Shown: positions 1 through 10,453 of the stretch, one piece after another
Position numbering within the stretch: position 1 is the first letter of the stretch
How the letters are laid out: each line of letters begins with the position of its first letter
NCBI GenBank assembly: GCA_041946735.1
Contig: JBHGAY010000002.1
Coordinates: 96,001 to 160,000 of the forward strand
Direction of reading: 5' to 3'
Length of the DNA: 64,000 nucleotides
From: Candidatus Eiseniibacteriota bacterium
GTDB taxonomy: Bacteria; Eisenbacteria; RBG-16-71-46; CAIMUX01; VGJL01
Translations under genes and position numbers: made by a program
Notes under the pieces: generated by a model
Databases searched by the model: none
What the model was told of the DNA's origin: nothing
The model's input: the letters and a program-made list of their open reading frames with translations, nothing else

Positions 1-692
1 GACTCGTCCACGGCGTCCTTCGCGCGGTAGGAGAACATCCCGCGCAGATCCAGGCCGGGAAGGATCGGGCGAATCAGCTCCGCCTGGGCGCGCAGCATGC
101 GGTAGTCGAAGATCTGCTCCAGGCTGTCCCCTCGAGTCTTGGAGAAGTCGGCTCCGAGGCGTAGCGAAGAGCGGAGCCTCCAGGGCAGGCGACGATCCCA
201 GGCGGCGAGGAGCGAATGGAGCGAGCCGGCCGCCGGATCGTCCTCTCCGCCCTGCGCATCGAACTGATCCTCGAAGCGGAACCGATCGCTTCGCGTGCGC
301 AGCCCCGCCTCCAGGTGCAGATCGGCGCGACGCCGCTCGCGCCCGAGCCTGCCGACCCCGCGCAGGTCGAGCCACTTGCGCTCCGTGTCGCCGATCGTTC
401 CGTGAAGGTCGAGAAGGCCGAGGAGCGCCGTCGAGCGCGAGCGCACCGGCCGCTGCTCGAGCACGTCCTCGATCGATCCTCCGATCCGGACCCGGTCATC
501 GAAGATCCCGTAGGACTGATAGGACTCCTCGAGCCCGTCGACCTCGAAGCCGACGCGCCCGCCGAAGTCCGCCGCCGGCGCTCTCGCGAACCACGCGAGA
601 AGGAGATGGAGGAGGGTCGAGGCGAGGAACGCGGGAGGGATCGAACGGCCCCGCCCGGATCCGTGAGCCCGCCGCCCCTTCCTGCGGGTCAT
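1..692 (-). CDS. Exported, probably outer-membrane beta-barrel hypothetical protein (3' end truncated by window edge)
   Basis: Read manually: ATG at 692 gives MTRRKGRRAHGSGRGRSIPPAFLASTLLHLLLAWFARAPAADFGGRVGFEVDGLEESY..., a signal-peptide-like N-terminus followed by alternating beta-strand-like sequence. Absent from the ORF track because the stop lies outside the window. Confidence 0.6.
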   Translation of the reverse strand, partial: MTRRKGRRAHGSGRGRSIPPAFLASTLLHLLLAWFARAPAADFGGRVGFEVDGLEESYQSYGIFDDRVRIGGSIEDVLEQRPVRSRSTALLGLLDLHGTIGDTERKWLDLRGVGRLGRERRRADLHLEAGLRTRSDRFRFEDQFDAQGGEDDPAAGSLHSLLAAWDRRLPWRLRSSLRLGADFSKTRGDSLEQIFDYRMLRAQAELIRPILPGLDLRGMFSYRAKDAVDE

Positions 693-707
693 CGGGGAGA
701 ATGGTAC

Positions 708-1859
708 CTAACGAATGCCCGCCGCTTCGACAGCCCGTCTCAAGAGCGCCTCGGCGATCCGGGCCGACTCGATCGCCTGGGACGTCTTGCCGGCGGCGAG
801 CTGCTCGGCCGCCTCGGAGCGGCGCTCCCGCGCGGAATCCAGGAGCGTCACCGCTTCCCTCGATCCGGAGGCGCGGATCTCGGGGCTCACGTCGTCGATC
901 AGCTCCTCGACGACGACGAGGGCTCGCTCGACCTCGTCGGGCGCGGGATCGCGGGCGAGAAGGAACAACGCCTGCAGCCCCAGGTCGCGGGCACGAGCGC
1001 TGAGCCGCACCGCTTGCGGCCGCCGGCCTTCCCGCGCCATCTGCCGCGCCTTCTCCTGCAGATCCCTCGCCTGGCCGTATAGGGCCGCCGCCTTGTTATC
1101 CGAGCGCTCCCGCAAGGCGAGGGCGACCTCTTCGAGGAGGGCATCCGTGCGCTCGAGCGCGATGCCGGGATCTGCGCCTGCCGCCGCGCGGTCCGTGGAT
1201 CGCTGGAGCGAGCGTTGCACAAGATCGCGCGCGATCGCCGCCAGGCGAATCGCCATCCGGTACTCGCCGCTGCGGTAGGCGTCCTGCGCGCGGCCGAGCT
1301 GCCAGACGCCGCTCTCCAAGAGACGGGTCGCCTCGGGATCGCCGCGCTCCCGCACCGCCGGCGTCGCCTCGTCGATCAGATCGCGCGTCGACTCGATCAG
1401 CTCCCGGATGCTCTCGTGCGCCTTCGCCTCGATGTCGGCCGACTCGATCGCCTTCCTCGCGAGATCGAGGGCCTGCTGCGTGAGGGAGAGGGCCGCCTTT
1501 CGGGAGTTCGGGCTCCCCGCCCGGAACGATTCCCACGCCCTCCTCTGCAGCTCGATCGCTTGCCCGAGCAGCATGCCGGGCCGCGAGCTGACCGAGGCCG
1601 AAACCTGCTCGCGCGCCCGCTCGAGCACCCGATCGGTCCGCTCCAGGATGTCCCGGACGCTGTCGAGCTGCGGCTGGGCATGGACGGTCGAGCTCGCGAG
1701 CGGCACGAGCGCCAGAGCCCAGAGGAGAGCGAGGAGGAGACGGACCCCGGTCCATCCCCGCCGGCCGCCCAGGCCGTGCCGGCCGCCCAGGCCGCGGGGC
1801 CAATGCCGATCCTCGAACGGGCGGTCGAAGAAGCGATGGGACATGGCGATCAACCGCAT
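708..1859 (-). CDS. Exported alpha-helical repeat protein of unknown function
   Basis: Signal peptide (LLLALLWALALVPLASSTVHA) then repeated helical units of the type A..LL..A..LQ.RA....R.G....A..L...A.DL; start may be the Met at ~1844. Confidence 0.7.
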   Translation of the reverse strand: MRLIAMSHRFFDRPFEDRHWPRGLGGRHGLGGRRGWTGVRLLLALLWALALVPLASSTVHAQPQLDSVRDILERTDRVLERAREQVSASVSSRPGMLLGQAIELQRRAWESFRAGSPNSRKAALSLTQQALDLARKAIESADIEAKAHESIRELIESTRDLIDEATPAVRERGDPEATRLLESGVWQLGRAQDAYRSGEYRMAIRLAAIARDLVQRSLQRSTDRAAAGADPGIALERTDALLEEVALALRERSDNKAAALYGQARDLQEKARQMAREGRRPQAVRLSARARDLGLQALFLLARDPAPDEVERALVVVEELIDDVSPEIRASGSREAVTLLDSARERRSEAAEQLAAGKTSQAIESARIAEALLRRAVEAAGIR

Positions 1860-1928
1860 GGCGGGCGATGGACCGGATGGGACAGACGGCGCCGGGCCTG
1901 CACCGGCAGGGACAACCGCGGCTCGCCG

Positions 1929-3323
1929 TCAGGTACGAATCCCATGTCGCTCCATCCTCGAGTAGAGGGTCCTTCGGGTCATCCCGAGCAGGGCAGCCGC
2001 CCGGCTCTTGTTCCCCCCCGCCTTCTCGATCGCGGCGAGTATGTAGCGCCGCTCCAGGTCCTCCATCGAGACCCCCTCGTCCGGAATCTCCGGCAGATTC
2101 GAGGGTTGGGACGTCACGGCCGGCCGGAGGGAGGGAAAATGCTCCGGCCCGAGCGGTTCGTCCTCCGCCAGGATCAGAGCCCTCTCGATCAGGTTTTCGA
2201 GCTCCCGGACGTTCCCCGGGAAGGGGTGCGTCGCGAGGAGTCGGAGGGCTTCCGGCCTGAAGCGTCCCGGGTCTACCCCTCTCTTTATCAAGAAGTGTTC
2301 CACCAACAGCGGCAGATCCTCCGGCCTCTCGTGCAACGACGGGAGGGTCAGAGGGAAGACGTTGACCCGGTAGTAGAGGTCTTCCCGGAAGGCTCCCTCC
2401 TGAACGGCGCGATCGAGATCCCGGTGCGTCGCGGCCAGGATCCGGACGTCGGAGGTGATCGGCCGGGTCCCGCCGACGCGAAGGAAACACTTCTCCTCGA
2501 TCGCCGAGAGGAGCTTCACCTGCATCGCCAGCGGGAGGTCTCCGATCTCGTCGAGAAAGAGCGTCCCTCCTTCGGCGACCTCGAACAGCCCTTCCTTGCG
2601 GCGGATCGCGCCGGTGAACGCGCCCTGCTCGTGGCCGAACAGCTCGCTCTCGAGCAGGTTCTCCGGGATCGCGCCGCTGTTGACCTTCACGAACGGCGCT
2701 CCCGCCCGCTTGCTGTAGTTGTGAATCGCCGCGGCGAGGACCGATTTGCCGGTGCCGCTCTCGCCGCGGATCAGGATCACGGCGTCTGAGCGGGCCGCCT
2801 TGCGAGCGAGCGAGAAGACCTCGAGCAGCTTCGCGCTCCTGCCGACCAGGTTCTCGAATCGTCCCTCCTCGAGATCCTCTCCTCCGGAACGGGCCGCCCA
2901 GCGCCGCAGCCGCTCGCGCTCGGCGAGCAGGTCCCATCGCTCGCGCACGCGCTCGACCTTGACGGAAAGGTCGAAGGAGCTGACCGGCTTCGAGAGATAG
3001 TCGAAGGCTCCGTCGCGGATCGCTTCCCGCGCGCTCTTCGGGTCCTCCAGTAGCTCGGCCTGCCCGGTCAGGATCAGCACCTCGACGAGCGGGCGCTCGC
3101 GCTTCACCCAGCGCAGCAGCTCGAGCCCGTCGGGCGGCGGCATGCGGACATCGGTGATGAGGAGGTGGAACTCCTCCGCCTCGAGCCGCTCGAGAGCCTC
3201 GCGTCCCGACGGGACGGCGACGACGTCGTAGCCCTGCCGCCGCAGCGACGCCTGCATGTCCTCGCGGAACGCCGGCTCGTCCTCAGCGAGCAGGATCCGG
3301 AACGATCCGAGCTTCCCCGGCAT
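1929..3323 (-). CDS. Sigma54-dependent response regulator (NtrC/AtoC/ZraR family)
   Basis: Receiver (LLAEDE...ITDVRMP), AAA+ with [23 protein letters not shown] and [19 protein letters not shown]-terminal Fis HTH ([18 protein letters not shown]). Confidence 0.95.
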   Translation of the reverse strand: MPGKLGSFRILLAEDEPAFREDMQASLRRQGYDVVAVPSGREALERLEAEEFHLLITDVRMPPPDGLELLRWVKRERPLVEVLILTGQAELLEDPKSAREAIRDGAFDYLSKPVSSFDLSVKVERVRERWDLLAERERLRRWAARSGGEDLEEGRFENLVGRSAKLLEVFSLARKAARSDAVILIRGESGTGKSVLAAAIHNYSKRAGAPFVKVNSGAIPENLLESELFGHEQGAFTGAIRRKEGLFEVAEGGTLFLDEIGDLPLAMQVKLLSAIEEKCFLRVGGTRPITSDVRILAATHRDLDRAVQEGAFREDLYYRVNVFPLTLPSLHERPEDLPLLVEHFLIKRGVDPGRFRPEALRLLATHPFPGNVRELENLIERALILAEDEPLGPEHFPSLRPAVTSQPSNLPEIPDEGVSMEDLERRYILAAIEKAGGNKSRAAALLGMTRRTLYSRMERHGIRT

Positions 3324-4701
3324 CTCCCTCGTCGTCTCCCTTCTCGTCGACCGGGAGCCAGAGCGTAAAGACGCTTCCCTTGCCCGGCTCCGACTGCACC
3401 TCGATCCGGCCTCCGTTCCTGCGGAGGATCGAATCTACCACCGCGAGCCCCAGCCCCGAACCGGAGCGGCGGGTCGTGAAAAACGGCTCGAAGACGCGAT
3501 CGCGCACCGCACGGTCGATCCCGACGCCGGTGTCGCGGACGGCGAGCCGCACCCACCCGTCGCGCCGCTCGATCCCGATCGACAGCTCCCCGCCTTCGGG
3601 CATCGCCTCCCGCGCGTTCAGGCAGAGATTCAGCAGCGCCTGGCGCAGCGGTCCCGGCCCGATCCGCGCGCGGAGCCCGGCCGGGCCCGGATCGACGGCG
3701 ATCCGGATGCGGCTACGCGCCATCTCCTTCTCGAGCAGCTCGACCGTCTCCTCGACGACGCGCGCGACGCCGGAGGAGGCTGATTCCTCGCGGACACGCG
3801 CGAGCGAGAGGTAGTTCGTCAGGATCCGGTCGAGACGGCGCACCTCGCTCGGGATCGTGTCGAGCAGCCGCTGGATCTCCGCGCGGTCGGTCCCCGCCTG
3901 CAGCTCCTCCTGCACCCGTTCGGCGCGCGATTGCAGCACCTGAAGCGGATTGCGGATCTCGTGCGCGACCGCCGCGGCAAGCTGCCCGGCGCTCGCGAGA
4001 GCCGTCGCGCCCCGCAGTCCCTCTTCATAGCGGGCGAGCGCGCGCAGCACGCCGATCAGGAGGATCGCGAGGACGACGGCGATCATCGCGGAGCCGATGC
4101 CGGTGACGAGCCAGATGCGACGCAGCGAGGAGAGGATCGCGAAGAAGCCGCTCCCTCCTTCCACCGCGACGACCCCGTGGATCGTCCCGGAGCTGTCCTC
4201 GATCGGGACGAAGCCGGTCTTGAAGAAGACCTCCGGCACCCCTTCCGCCTCGTAGGTCGGCGTCGCGGCGGGGATGCCGGCGAGCGCCGCGGCGAGCTCC
4301 GGCTGCGCGCCGAGCAGCGGGTCGCGCGTTCCGAAGGGAACGTCCGGAGCGGAGCCGGCCAGCGTGCGGCGCTTCGTGTCGAGGATCTCGATGCGGCCCA
4401 GCCGGCTCTCCTCCGCGATCCGCCTCAGGTCGCGGCCGAGCGGAGCGAGCACCCGCGCAGAATCGGAGGAATCGGCCGCGGCGGCCGCGAGGAGCGGTTG
4501 CGAGGAGACGGTCTGCGCGATCGTGCCGCCGATCGAGAGCAGCCGCGTCTCCAGCTCCTGCTCGACCTGTTCGCGAACGTGGCGGTACGTCCAGAAGGTC
4601 GTGCCGACGACCAGGGCGAGGAGTCCCGCAAGGAGCAGCGCGACGGCGGTGAGATAGAAGCGCCGGGGCGATCGCCCCGCTTTCGTCCGAAGCCAAGACA
4701 T
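3283..4701 (-). CDS. Membrane sensor histidine kinase
   Basis: Two TM segments flanking a periplasmic domain, H-box AHEIRNPL, N-box NLCLNAREAM, DTGVGI, FEPFFTT, GSGLGL; overlaps the regulator start. Confidence 0.95.
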   Translation of the reverse strand: MSWLRTKAGRSPRRFYLTAVALLLAGLLALVVGTTFWTYRHVREQVEQELETRLLSIGGTIAQTVSSQPLLAAAAADSSDSARVLAPLGRDLRRIAEESRLGRIEILDTKRRTLAGSAPDVPFGTRDPLLGAQPELAAALAGIPAATPTYEAEGVPEVFFKTGFVPIEDSSGTIHGVVAVEGGSGFFAILSSLRRIWLVTGIGSAMIAVVLAILLIGVLRALARYEEGLRGATALASAGQLAAAVAHEIRNPLQVLQSRAERVQEELQAGTDRAEIQRLLDTIPSEVRRLDRILTNYLSLARVREESASSGVARVVEETVELLEKEMARSRIRIAVDPGPAGLRARIGPGPLRQALLNLCLNAREAMPEGGELSIGIERRDGWVRLAVRDTGVGIDRAVRDRVFEPFFTTRRSGSGLGLAVVDSILRRNGGRIEVQSEPGKGSVFTLWLPVDEKGDDEGDAGEARIVPDPAR

Positions 4702-4741
4702 TCGATCTCCGGCTTCCGGGCGGAACGGCCCCGTTCGAGGA

Positions 4742-5557
4742 CTACGAGACGGGGTCGGGCACCTCCCCGAACTCGAAGCCGATCTGCCTCAGGTGCTCGA
4801 CCGAAGGCTCCCACGCCTCCTCCTCGACCTCAAGCGCGATCGGGCAGGAGAGATCGGCGGACTTCAGGGCGTCGAAGACCATGTCGTATCCGACCACGCC
4901 CTGGCCGCAAGGCAGGTGCAGATCGTCCTGCCCGTCGTTGTCGTGGAAGTGGAGCATCGCGATCCGGTCCTTGAACCCCTCGATCCACTCCTCCGGAGCC
5001 ATGCGCGAGTAGCAGGCGGTGTGGCCGAGATCGATGCAGGCGCGGAGGTAGGGCGAGTTCACGCTCTCGAGGATCGAGCGGAGCATCTCGCCGTCCGGCT
5101 CGAAGGTGTTCTCGATCGCGAGGACGATGTCCTCCTCCTCGGCGTTGCGCAGGATCTCCTGGATCCCTTCCAGGAAGCGTTCCCGCCAGGCGGCCTGGCG
5201 CGAGGGCCGGATCTGGTTGCTGAAGCCGGCATGCAGGACGGCGATCCGGCACTTCAGCACGCCCGCCATCTCGAGCCCCTCGAGCAGGCAGTCGCGCGCG
5301 TAGTCGTGCACGCTCGCGTCCTCGCTGCCCAGGTGCAGGTCGCGATAGGGAAGGTGGCAGGTGAGCGCGATCCCCTCCTCGTGGAGGTAGCGGCGCAGGT
5401 TCTCCAGGTCGGCGAGCGAGACGTCCCGGTTGAACGCCGTGTCGGAGAGGGCGAGGTCGAGGCCGACTCCCTCCGCACGGAGCGCCGGGAGCATCTCCTT
5501 CAGCCCGGGAACCGCTGCCGCGTCGAGCCTCTTCTGCCTGTGCAACCGATACTTCAA
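4742..5557 (-). CDS. Sugar phosphate isomerase/epimerase (xylose isomerase-like TIM barrel, AP endonuclease 2 family)
   Basis: Metal-binding motifs LAIEN, CIDLGH, HFHDNDGQDDLHLPCGQG, ALE. Confidence 0.85.
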   Translation of the reverse strand: MKYRLHRQKRLDAAAVPGLKEMLPALRAEGVGLDLALSDTAFNRDVSLADLENLRRYLHEEGIALTCHLPYRDLHLGSEDASVHDYARDCLLEGLEMAGVLKCRIAVLHAGFSNQIRPSRQAAWRERFLEGIQEILRNAEEEDIVLAIENTFEPDGEMLRSILESVNSPYLRACIDLGHTACYSRMAPEEWIEGFKDRIAMLHFHDNDGQDDLHLPCGQGVVGYDMVFDALKSADLSCPIALEVEEEAWEPSVEHLRQIGFEFGEVPDPVS

Positions 5558-5612
5558 GGTTTCCTCCCCGCTCGGCGGTCCCTGCGCGGGGGCCGGGCTC
5601 TGTCTCTCATTC

Positions 5613-6101
5613 CTACCGGGACCCCTTGCGGAGTCCCGCCAGCCGCCGTTCGCGGCGCTCGATCGCCTGCGCGTTGCGACGGCGGTCCTCGTCGGTCTCG
5701 AGCACGAGCGGCGGCACCGGAACCGGCTGCCCGTAGTCGTTCACGGCGACGAACGTCGCGTACGCCGAGGCGGTGTGCAGGGTCTCGCCGGTCCTCGGAT
5801 CCTCCGACAGGACCTTGACCCCCACCTCCAGCGAGGTCTTCCCCGTATAGTTCACCGAGGCTCGCAGGATGACGAGCTCCCCCAAGTGCACCGGATGGAG
5901 GAAGTCGATCCGGTCCATCGACGCGGTGACGACGCGGCGCCGGCAATGGCGCAGCGCGGCGATCGCCGCGGCGATATCAATCAAGTGCATGATCTTTCCG
6001 CCGCTCGCCGTGCCCAGCGGATTCGTGTCGTTCGGCTGGATCATCTCCACCATCTCGACTCGAGAGGCGGAAACCGGTTTCGGCGTCAGTTCGGCCGTCA
6101 T
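5613..6101 (-). CDS. Acyl-CoA thioesterase (hotdog fold, YciA-like)
   Basis: PNDTNPLGTASGG, VVTASMDRIDF, GKTSLEVGV motifs. Confidence 0.9.
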   Translation of the reverse strand: MTAELTPKPVSASRVEMVEMIQPNDTNPLGTASGGKIMHLIDIAAAIAALRHCRRRVVTASMDRIDFLHPVHLGELVILRASVNYTGKTSLEVGVKVLSEDPRTGETLHTASAYATFVAVNDYGQPVPVPPLVLETDEDRRRNAQAIERRERRLAGLRKGSR

Positions 6102-6105
6102 CGGC

Positions 6106-7092
6106 TCAGGAGGACCTCATCTTCCTTGCCTCCTCGGTGAAGATCGGGAGGATCTCGAAGAGGTCGCCGACGATCCCGTAGTCGGCAGCCTTGAAGATCG
6201 GAGCGTCCGGATCCTTGTTGATCGCGACGATGCAGCCGGACGTCCGCATTCCGGCCAGGTGCTGGATCGCTCCGCTGATGCCGCAGGCGACGTAGAGCTT
6301 GGGCGCCACCGTCACTCCGGTCTGCCCCACCTGGTGCTGGTGATCGATCCAACCGGCGTCGACGACCGCGCGGCTCGCGCCGACCGCGCCGCCGAGCGCC
6401 TCGGCGAGATCGCGGACGAGCGCGAAGTTCTCGGGCGACTTCAAGCCACGGCCTCCGGAGACGATCACCTCCGCCTCGGTGAGATCGACCGCCTGCCCCT
6501 CGGAGGCGACGACGTCGACGACGCGCACGCGCGAGGCGAGCGGATCGGCGGGGGCGGGAATCGCGTTCGTCGCCCCGGCGCGACCCGGCTCGCTCGGCGC
6601 GGCGGTCACCGCGCCCGGCCGGACCGTCACGACGTAGGGCGGCTGCCCCTTCGTCTCCTGGTTCGCGAAGAGCTTGCCGCCGTAGACCGACTTGCGCGCG
6701 CGCACCCGGCCGTCGGCCGTCGCCGCCACCTCGATCGCTTCGGCGATCCAAGGGCGGCCGATGCGGGCCGCGAAGCGCGGGGCGAGGTCGCGTCCCATCG
6801 CGGTTGCGGGAAGGAGGACCAGCGAGGCGCCGGACGCTTCGAGCGCCGCCTTCAGCGCCGCCGGATAGCCGGTCGGGTGGTAGCGGCGGTAGCTGGGATC
6901 CTCGACGACATGGACCGTGTCGGCGCCGGCCGCGAAGAGATCGCCGGCGAGGCTGGCGACGCCGTCGCCGAGGAGCGCCGCATGCACCTTCCCGCCGCCG
7001 GCGAGCTGGCGGGCGAGAGTCAGGCACTCGAAAGCGCTCCTCTTGAAGGCTCCCTCGCGCTGCTCGGCGAAGACCAGGACGTCGAAACCCAT
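6106..7092 (-). CDS. etfA: Electron transfer flavoprotein alpha subunit
   Basis: [36 protein letters not shown]; start reassigned to MGFDVLV at 7092. Confidence 0.95.
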   Translation of the reverse strand: MGFDVLVFAEQREGAFKRSAFECLTLARQLAGGGKVHAALLGDGVASLAGDLFAAGADTVHVVEDPSYRRYHPTGYPAALKAALEASGASLVLLPATAMGRDLAPRFAARIGRPWIAEAIEVAATADGRVRARKSVYGGKLFANQETKGQPPYVVTVRPGAVTAAPSEPGRAGATNAIPAPADPLASRVRVVDVVASEGQAVDLTEAEVIVSGGRGLKSPENFALVRDLAEALGGAVGASRAVVDAGWIDHQHQVGQTGVTVAPKLYVACGISGAIQHLAGMRTSGCIVAINKDPDAPIFKAADYGIVGDLFEILPIFTEEARKMRSS

Positions 7093-7112
7093 CCGCTGCC
7101 TCCCTGCCTGCC

Positions 7113-7904
7113 CTACAGCAGCTTGCGCTCCTCGCGGAGCGCCTTGAGCACCGCGAGGACCGACTCGCGTGCGTCCCCCTGCAGCTTCTTCCCTTCGGCG
7201 CGCGGCGGAATCGGCTCGAGCGCGACGGTCTCGAGCTGCGCGCCCGACGGTCCCAGCGCGTCGGCTCCCTGGCCGAGAGAGGCGGGATCGACCGCCTCGA
7301 TCGGCTTCTTCTTCGCCTTCATGATGCCGGGCAGGGAGGGATAGCGAGGCTCGTTGAGCCCCTTGTTCGCGGTCAGCACGGCGGGAAGCTCGACCTCGAC
7401 GAGCTCCGCCGCGTTCTCGATCTCGCGGCGCGCGCGGAGGCGCTTCTCGTCGGTCCACACGATCTCGGTGACCGCCGAGACGTGGGGCATCCCCAGCTCT
7501 TCAGCGAGGGCGACGGCGACTCCGTGGTTCTCGACGTCGATCGAGACCTTGCCGGCGAGGACGAGATCGGCCTGGAGCGGCCGGATCACGCCGGCCAGGA
7601 TGCGGGCGGTCTGCAGGTCGTCGCCCCCGAGGAGCGAGTCGTCCTTGACGATCAGCGCCCGGTCGGCGCCGAGGGCGAGGCAGGTGCGCAGCGCCTCCTC
7701 CGCCTTGGCCGGACCAATCGAGAGGACGGTGATCGTCGATCCCGCGAAACGGTCCCGGATCCGCAGCGCCTCCTCGATCGCGTACTCGTCGTAGGGGTTG
7801 ACGACCATCTCCGCGCTGGCGCGGTCGATCGACTTGCCGTCCGGAGCGATCTGCACGCGGGCCTCCGAGCTGGGGACCTGCTTCACGCAGACCACGATGT
7901 TCAT
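7113..7904 (-). CDS. etfB: Electron transfer flavoprotein beta subunit
   Basis: MNIVVCVKQVP, NPYDEYAIEEA, NEPRYPSLPGIMKAKKK. Confidence 0.95.
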   Translation of the reverse strand: MNIVVCVKQVPSSEARVQIAPDGKSIDRASAEMVVNPYDEYAIEEALRIRDRFAGSTITVLSIGPAKAEEALRTCLALGADRALIVKDDSLLGGDDLQTARILAGVIRPLQADLVLAGKVSIDVENHGVAVALAEELGMPHVSAVTEIVWTDEKRLRARREIENAAELVEVELPAVLTANKGLNEPRYPSLPGIMKAKKKPIEAVDPASLGQGADALGPSGAQLETVALEPIPPRAEGKKLQGDARESVLAVLKALREERKLL

Positions 7905-8125
7905 CGAGCCTCCCGGTCGCTACCCGGACCGAACCGATCCGGCTCCCAATGGATCTCCCTCCCCGGAACGACGAAAAACGCCTCCCGGTCCCCGAAGCCT
8001 GCTGGAAATCGGAACGGGGAATGGATCGAGTGGACGGTATCAGAGCATTTCACGGAGGGGCAAGACGAAATGGCCCGCCGGGAAGGGGGCGGCCGGACGC
8101 CCACGCGGGCCTGGAACAAGGGAAA

Positions 8126-9082
8126 CTACCGCCCTTCGGCCCCCTCCTGGAGGATCCGGACCAGCTCCCGGTCGGTCAGGCGGCGGAAGCTCGCCGGTTT
8201 GGGCAAGCGGAAACGCCCCGGATCGGTCCCCGGGTCGGGGCCGGCGGCGGTGAGCCTCGCGTCTACGCGGAGCGAGGGGCGCATCGCCTCGATCCGCAGC
8301 GACCGGGGCAGGTCGATCCCGTTCGTGGAGCGGAAGGCGGCTCTCTCGATCCGGATCGCGACGCCGCCGTCCCGGTCCGGGATCTCGATCGTGTCGATCC
8401 GCTCCCCCTGGCCGGTCAGGACGAGGCGCGGCGCGGGGGCCCCCGCGGCCCCGTCCTCCGCCATGGCCCCGGCCCCGGGGCCCGCCCCGGCCCCGGCCCC
8501 CGCCGGGCCCCAGGCTGCGGAGAGCTTCCAGGGGTCGCCGGCCTTCTCGAGCACCGGGTCGCGAAGTTGCGCGACCAGCGGGGAGGGGCAGAGCAGCCAG
8601 AGCAGAGCGGCCGAAGCGATCGAGACGTCCTCGCCCCCCGGGCTGCCGCCCGGGCTGCCACCCGCCCGGCCGCCGGCCGACCAGTACGCCTTCTTTTGCG
8701 GCAGGCTCACGAAGGCCGAATCTCCGCGCAGGACGATCGAAGCCAGCGGCACGAAGGCGCCGAAGCGCAACTGCAGCCGGGCCTGGTCCGGCCAGGCGGC
8801 GCGGAGCGCCCCGTCCAGGCGCACCGGGCTTCCCTCCGCCGGGACGATCCGCAGGTCGAGGTTGGCGGCGAGGTCCGCCGGACAGGGGCGCGCGGCCAGG
8901 ATCTCGGCGAGCCGCCGTCCCCCTTCCGCGCCCGTCTCGAGTTGCGGCAGGCGCGGCGCCCGCGCGGCGCAGCCCGCCAGGACCGCGGCCGTGGCGAAGA
9001 GGATCGCGAAGCGGATCGACGTCGACGACTTCGAGCGGATCGGCCTCCGCGACTGCAAGCGGATCGACGTCGACGACTTCAA
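8126..9082 (-). CDS. Putative lipoprotein (LolB/DUF4292-like)
   Basis: Lipobox VLAGC after a hydrophobic stretch; TTG start at 9082 overlaps the upstream stop; beta-rich body. Confidence 0.55.
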   Translation of the reverse strand: MKSSTSIRLQSRRPIRSKSSTSIRFAILFATAAVLAGCAARAPRLPQLETGAEGGRRLAEILAARPCPADLAANLDLRIVPAEGSPVRLDGALRAAWPDQARLQLRFGAFVPLASIVLRGDSAFVSLPQKKAYWSAGGRAGGSPGGSPGGEDVSIASAALLWLLCPSPLVAQLRDPVLEKAGDPWKLSAAWGPAGAGAGAGPGAGAMAEDGAAGAPAPRLVLTGQGERIDTIEIPDRDGGVAIRIERAAFRSTNGIDLPRSLRIEAMRPSLRVDARLTAAGPDPGTDPGRFRLPKPASFRRLTDRELVRILQEGAEGR

Positions 9083-9468
9083 GCGGACGGGAACTCCGAA
9101 GGGCTGCGGCCGATCGCCACGATCGAGCACGCCTCGATCGGGTTCATCCCGAGCGACTCGATCTTGGCGATCAGCTCGGGGCTTCCGGCTCCCGGGTTCA
9201 CGTAGACGTCCCGCACCCCCTTCGCCGGTGCCTGCTCGACGACCGAGAGGCCGTTCTTCGGCGGGACGTAGAGGCTCATCCAGGCGGCGCGACCGGGGAC
9301 ATCGGCCACGGTGGGCGAGCAGGGAAGCCCCTCGACCTCCCGGTCGATCGGATGGACCGGGTAGACGATCCAGCCCAGCTCCTTGTAGGCGCGGACCGCC
9401 TTGTTCGCGAAGCGGTCGCGCTTGTGCGACGCCCCGACGATGATGATGCTCCTCTCCTCCAGATCCAT
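9079..9468 (-). CDS. CoA-binding protein (YccU-like)
   Basis: IVGASHKRDRFAN, VYPVHP, NPGAGS...EACSIV pattern; RBS GGAGG upstream of ATG 9468. Confidence 0.85.
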   Translation of the reverse strand: MDLEERSIIIVGASHKRDRFANKAVRAYKELGWIVYPVHPIDREVEGLPCSPTVADVPGRAAWMSLYVPPKNGLSVVEQAPAKGVRDVYVNPGAGSPELIAKIESLGMNPIEACSIVAIGRSPSEFPSA

Positions 9469-9691
9469 CGCATCCTCCCGTGCGGCCGGCCGGGCCGCCG
9501 CCCCTTGCGCGTTCGCGCCGTGCTCGCCCACACTGGCGGTTCGCGCCGTGCTCGCCCGCGCTGCCCGCACATGGGCGCCGGGCGGTCCAAGCCGCGCAGG
9601 GCGGCGTCCCCACCTCGTCCGAGCCTAGACGAGACGGGAGGGTCTGTCACCTCGGGCGGATTCCGGCGGCGAAGGAGGAGAACCGGCAACG

Positions 9692-10381
9692 ATGCGGCTG
9701 CGCGACTGGCAAGCGGCGGCGACCCTCGAGGAGCTGCAAGCGCTCCTTCTCGACGGGCCCTCTCTCTTCCCGCCGGATCGTCCCGCGCTCGACGCTCCCT
9801 TCGATGCCGTGCCGTTCTGCTTCTTCGACGTCGAGACGACGGGACTCGACCCCGAGCGCGGCGACCGGATCGTCGAGATCGCGGCTGTTCGGATCGATCC
9901 CGGCGGCCGCGAGCGGCGCCACGTCGAGATCCTCGATCCGCGCCGCGACATCCCCGACGAGGTGCGCGCGATCCATGCGATCCGCCCCGAGCAGGTGCGG
10001 TCGTGCCGGCGCTTCGCCGCGGGGCGCGACGAGATCCTCTCGCTCTTCGACGGCGCCGTGGCGGTCGGACACAACGTCGGCTTCGATCTTCGCTTCCTGA
10101 GGTGGGAGCTGCGCCGCGCCGGCGCGGATCTCCCGCCGCTGCGGGTGCTCGACACGTGGTGCCTCGCGCGCCGCTGGTGCCACTTGCGCAGCTACTCGCT
10201 CGAATCGGTCGCGCGGCATCTGGAGATCTCCCCGCGCGATCTGCACAAGGCTCTGGACGACGTCCTGACGACGCGCGCGGTTCTCGAGCGGCTCGCGCCG
10301 CGCATCGAGCCGCCCGCCGCGCGGCTCGTCGATCTTCTGAATGCGATGCTGGCGCCGCTTCCCGAGAGCGTGAAGGAGTGA
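9692..10381 (+). CDS. DEDDh 3'-5' exonuclease (DnaQ-like)
   Basis: FDVETTG, GHNVGFDLRFL, HKALDDV motifs. Confidence 0.9.
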   Translation: MRLRDWQAAATLEELQALLLDGPSLFPPDRPALDAPFDAVPFCFFDVETTGLDPERGDRIVEIAAVRIDPGGRERRHVEILDPRRDIPDEVRAIHAIRPEQVRSCRRFAAGRDEILSLFDGAVAVGHNVGFDLRFLRWELRRAGADLPPLRVLDTWCLARRWCHLRSYSLESVARHLEISPRDLHKALDDVLTTRAVLERLAPRIEPPAARLVDLLNAMLAPLPESVKE

Positions 10382-10453
10382 CCCGGACGGGGAGGGGACG
10401 GAGTGATGGCGGTGGCGGAGTGACGGCGGTGAAGAAGTGACGAGGGGGAAGGA

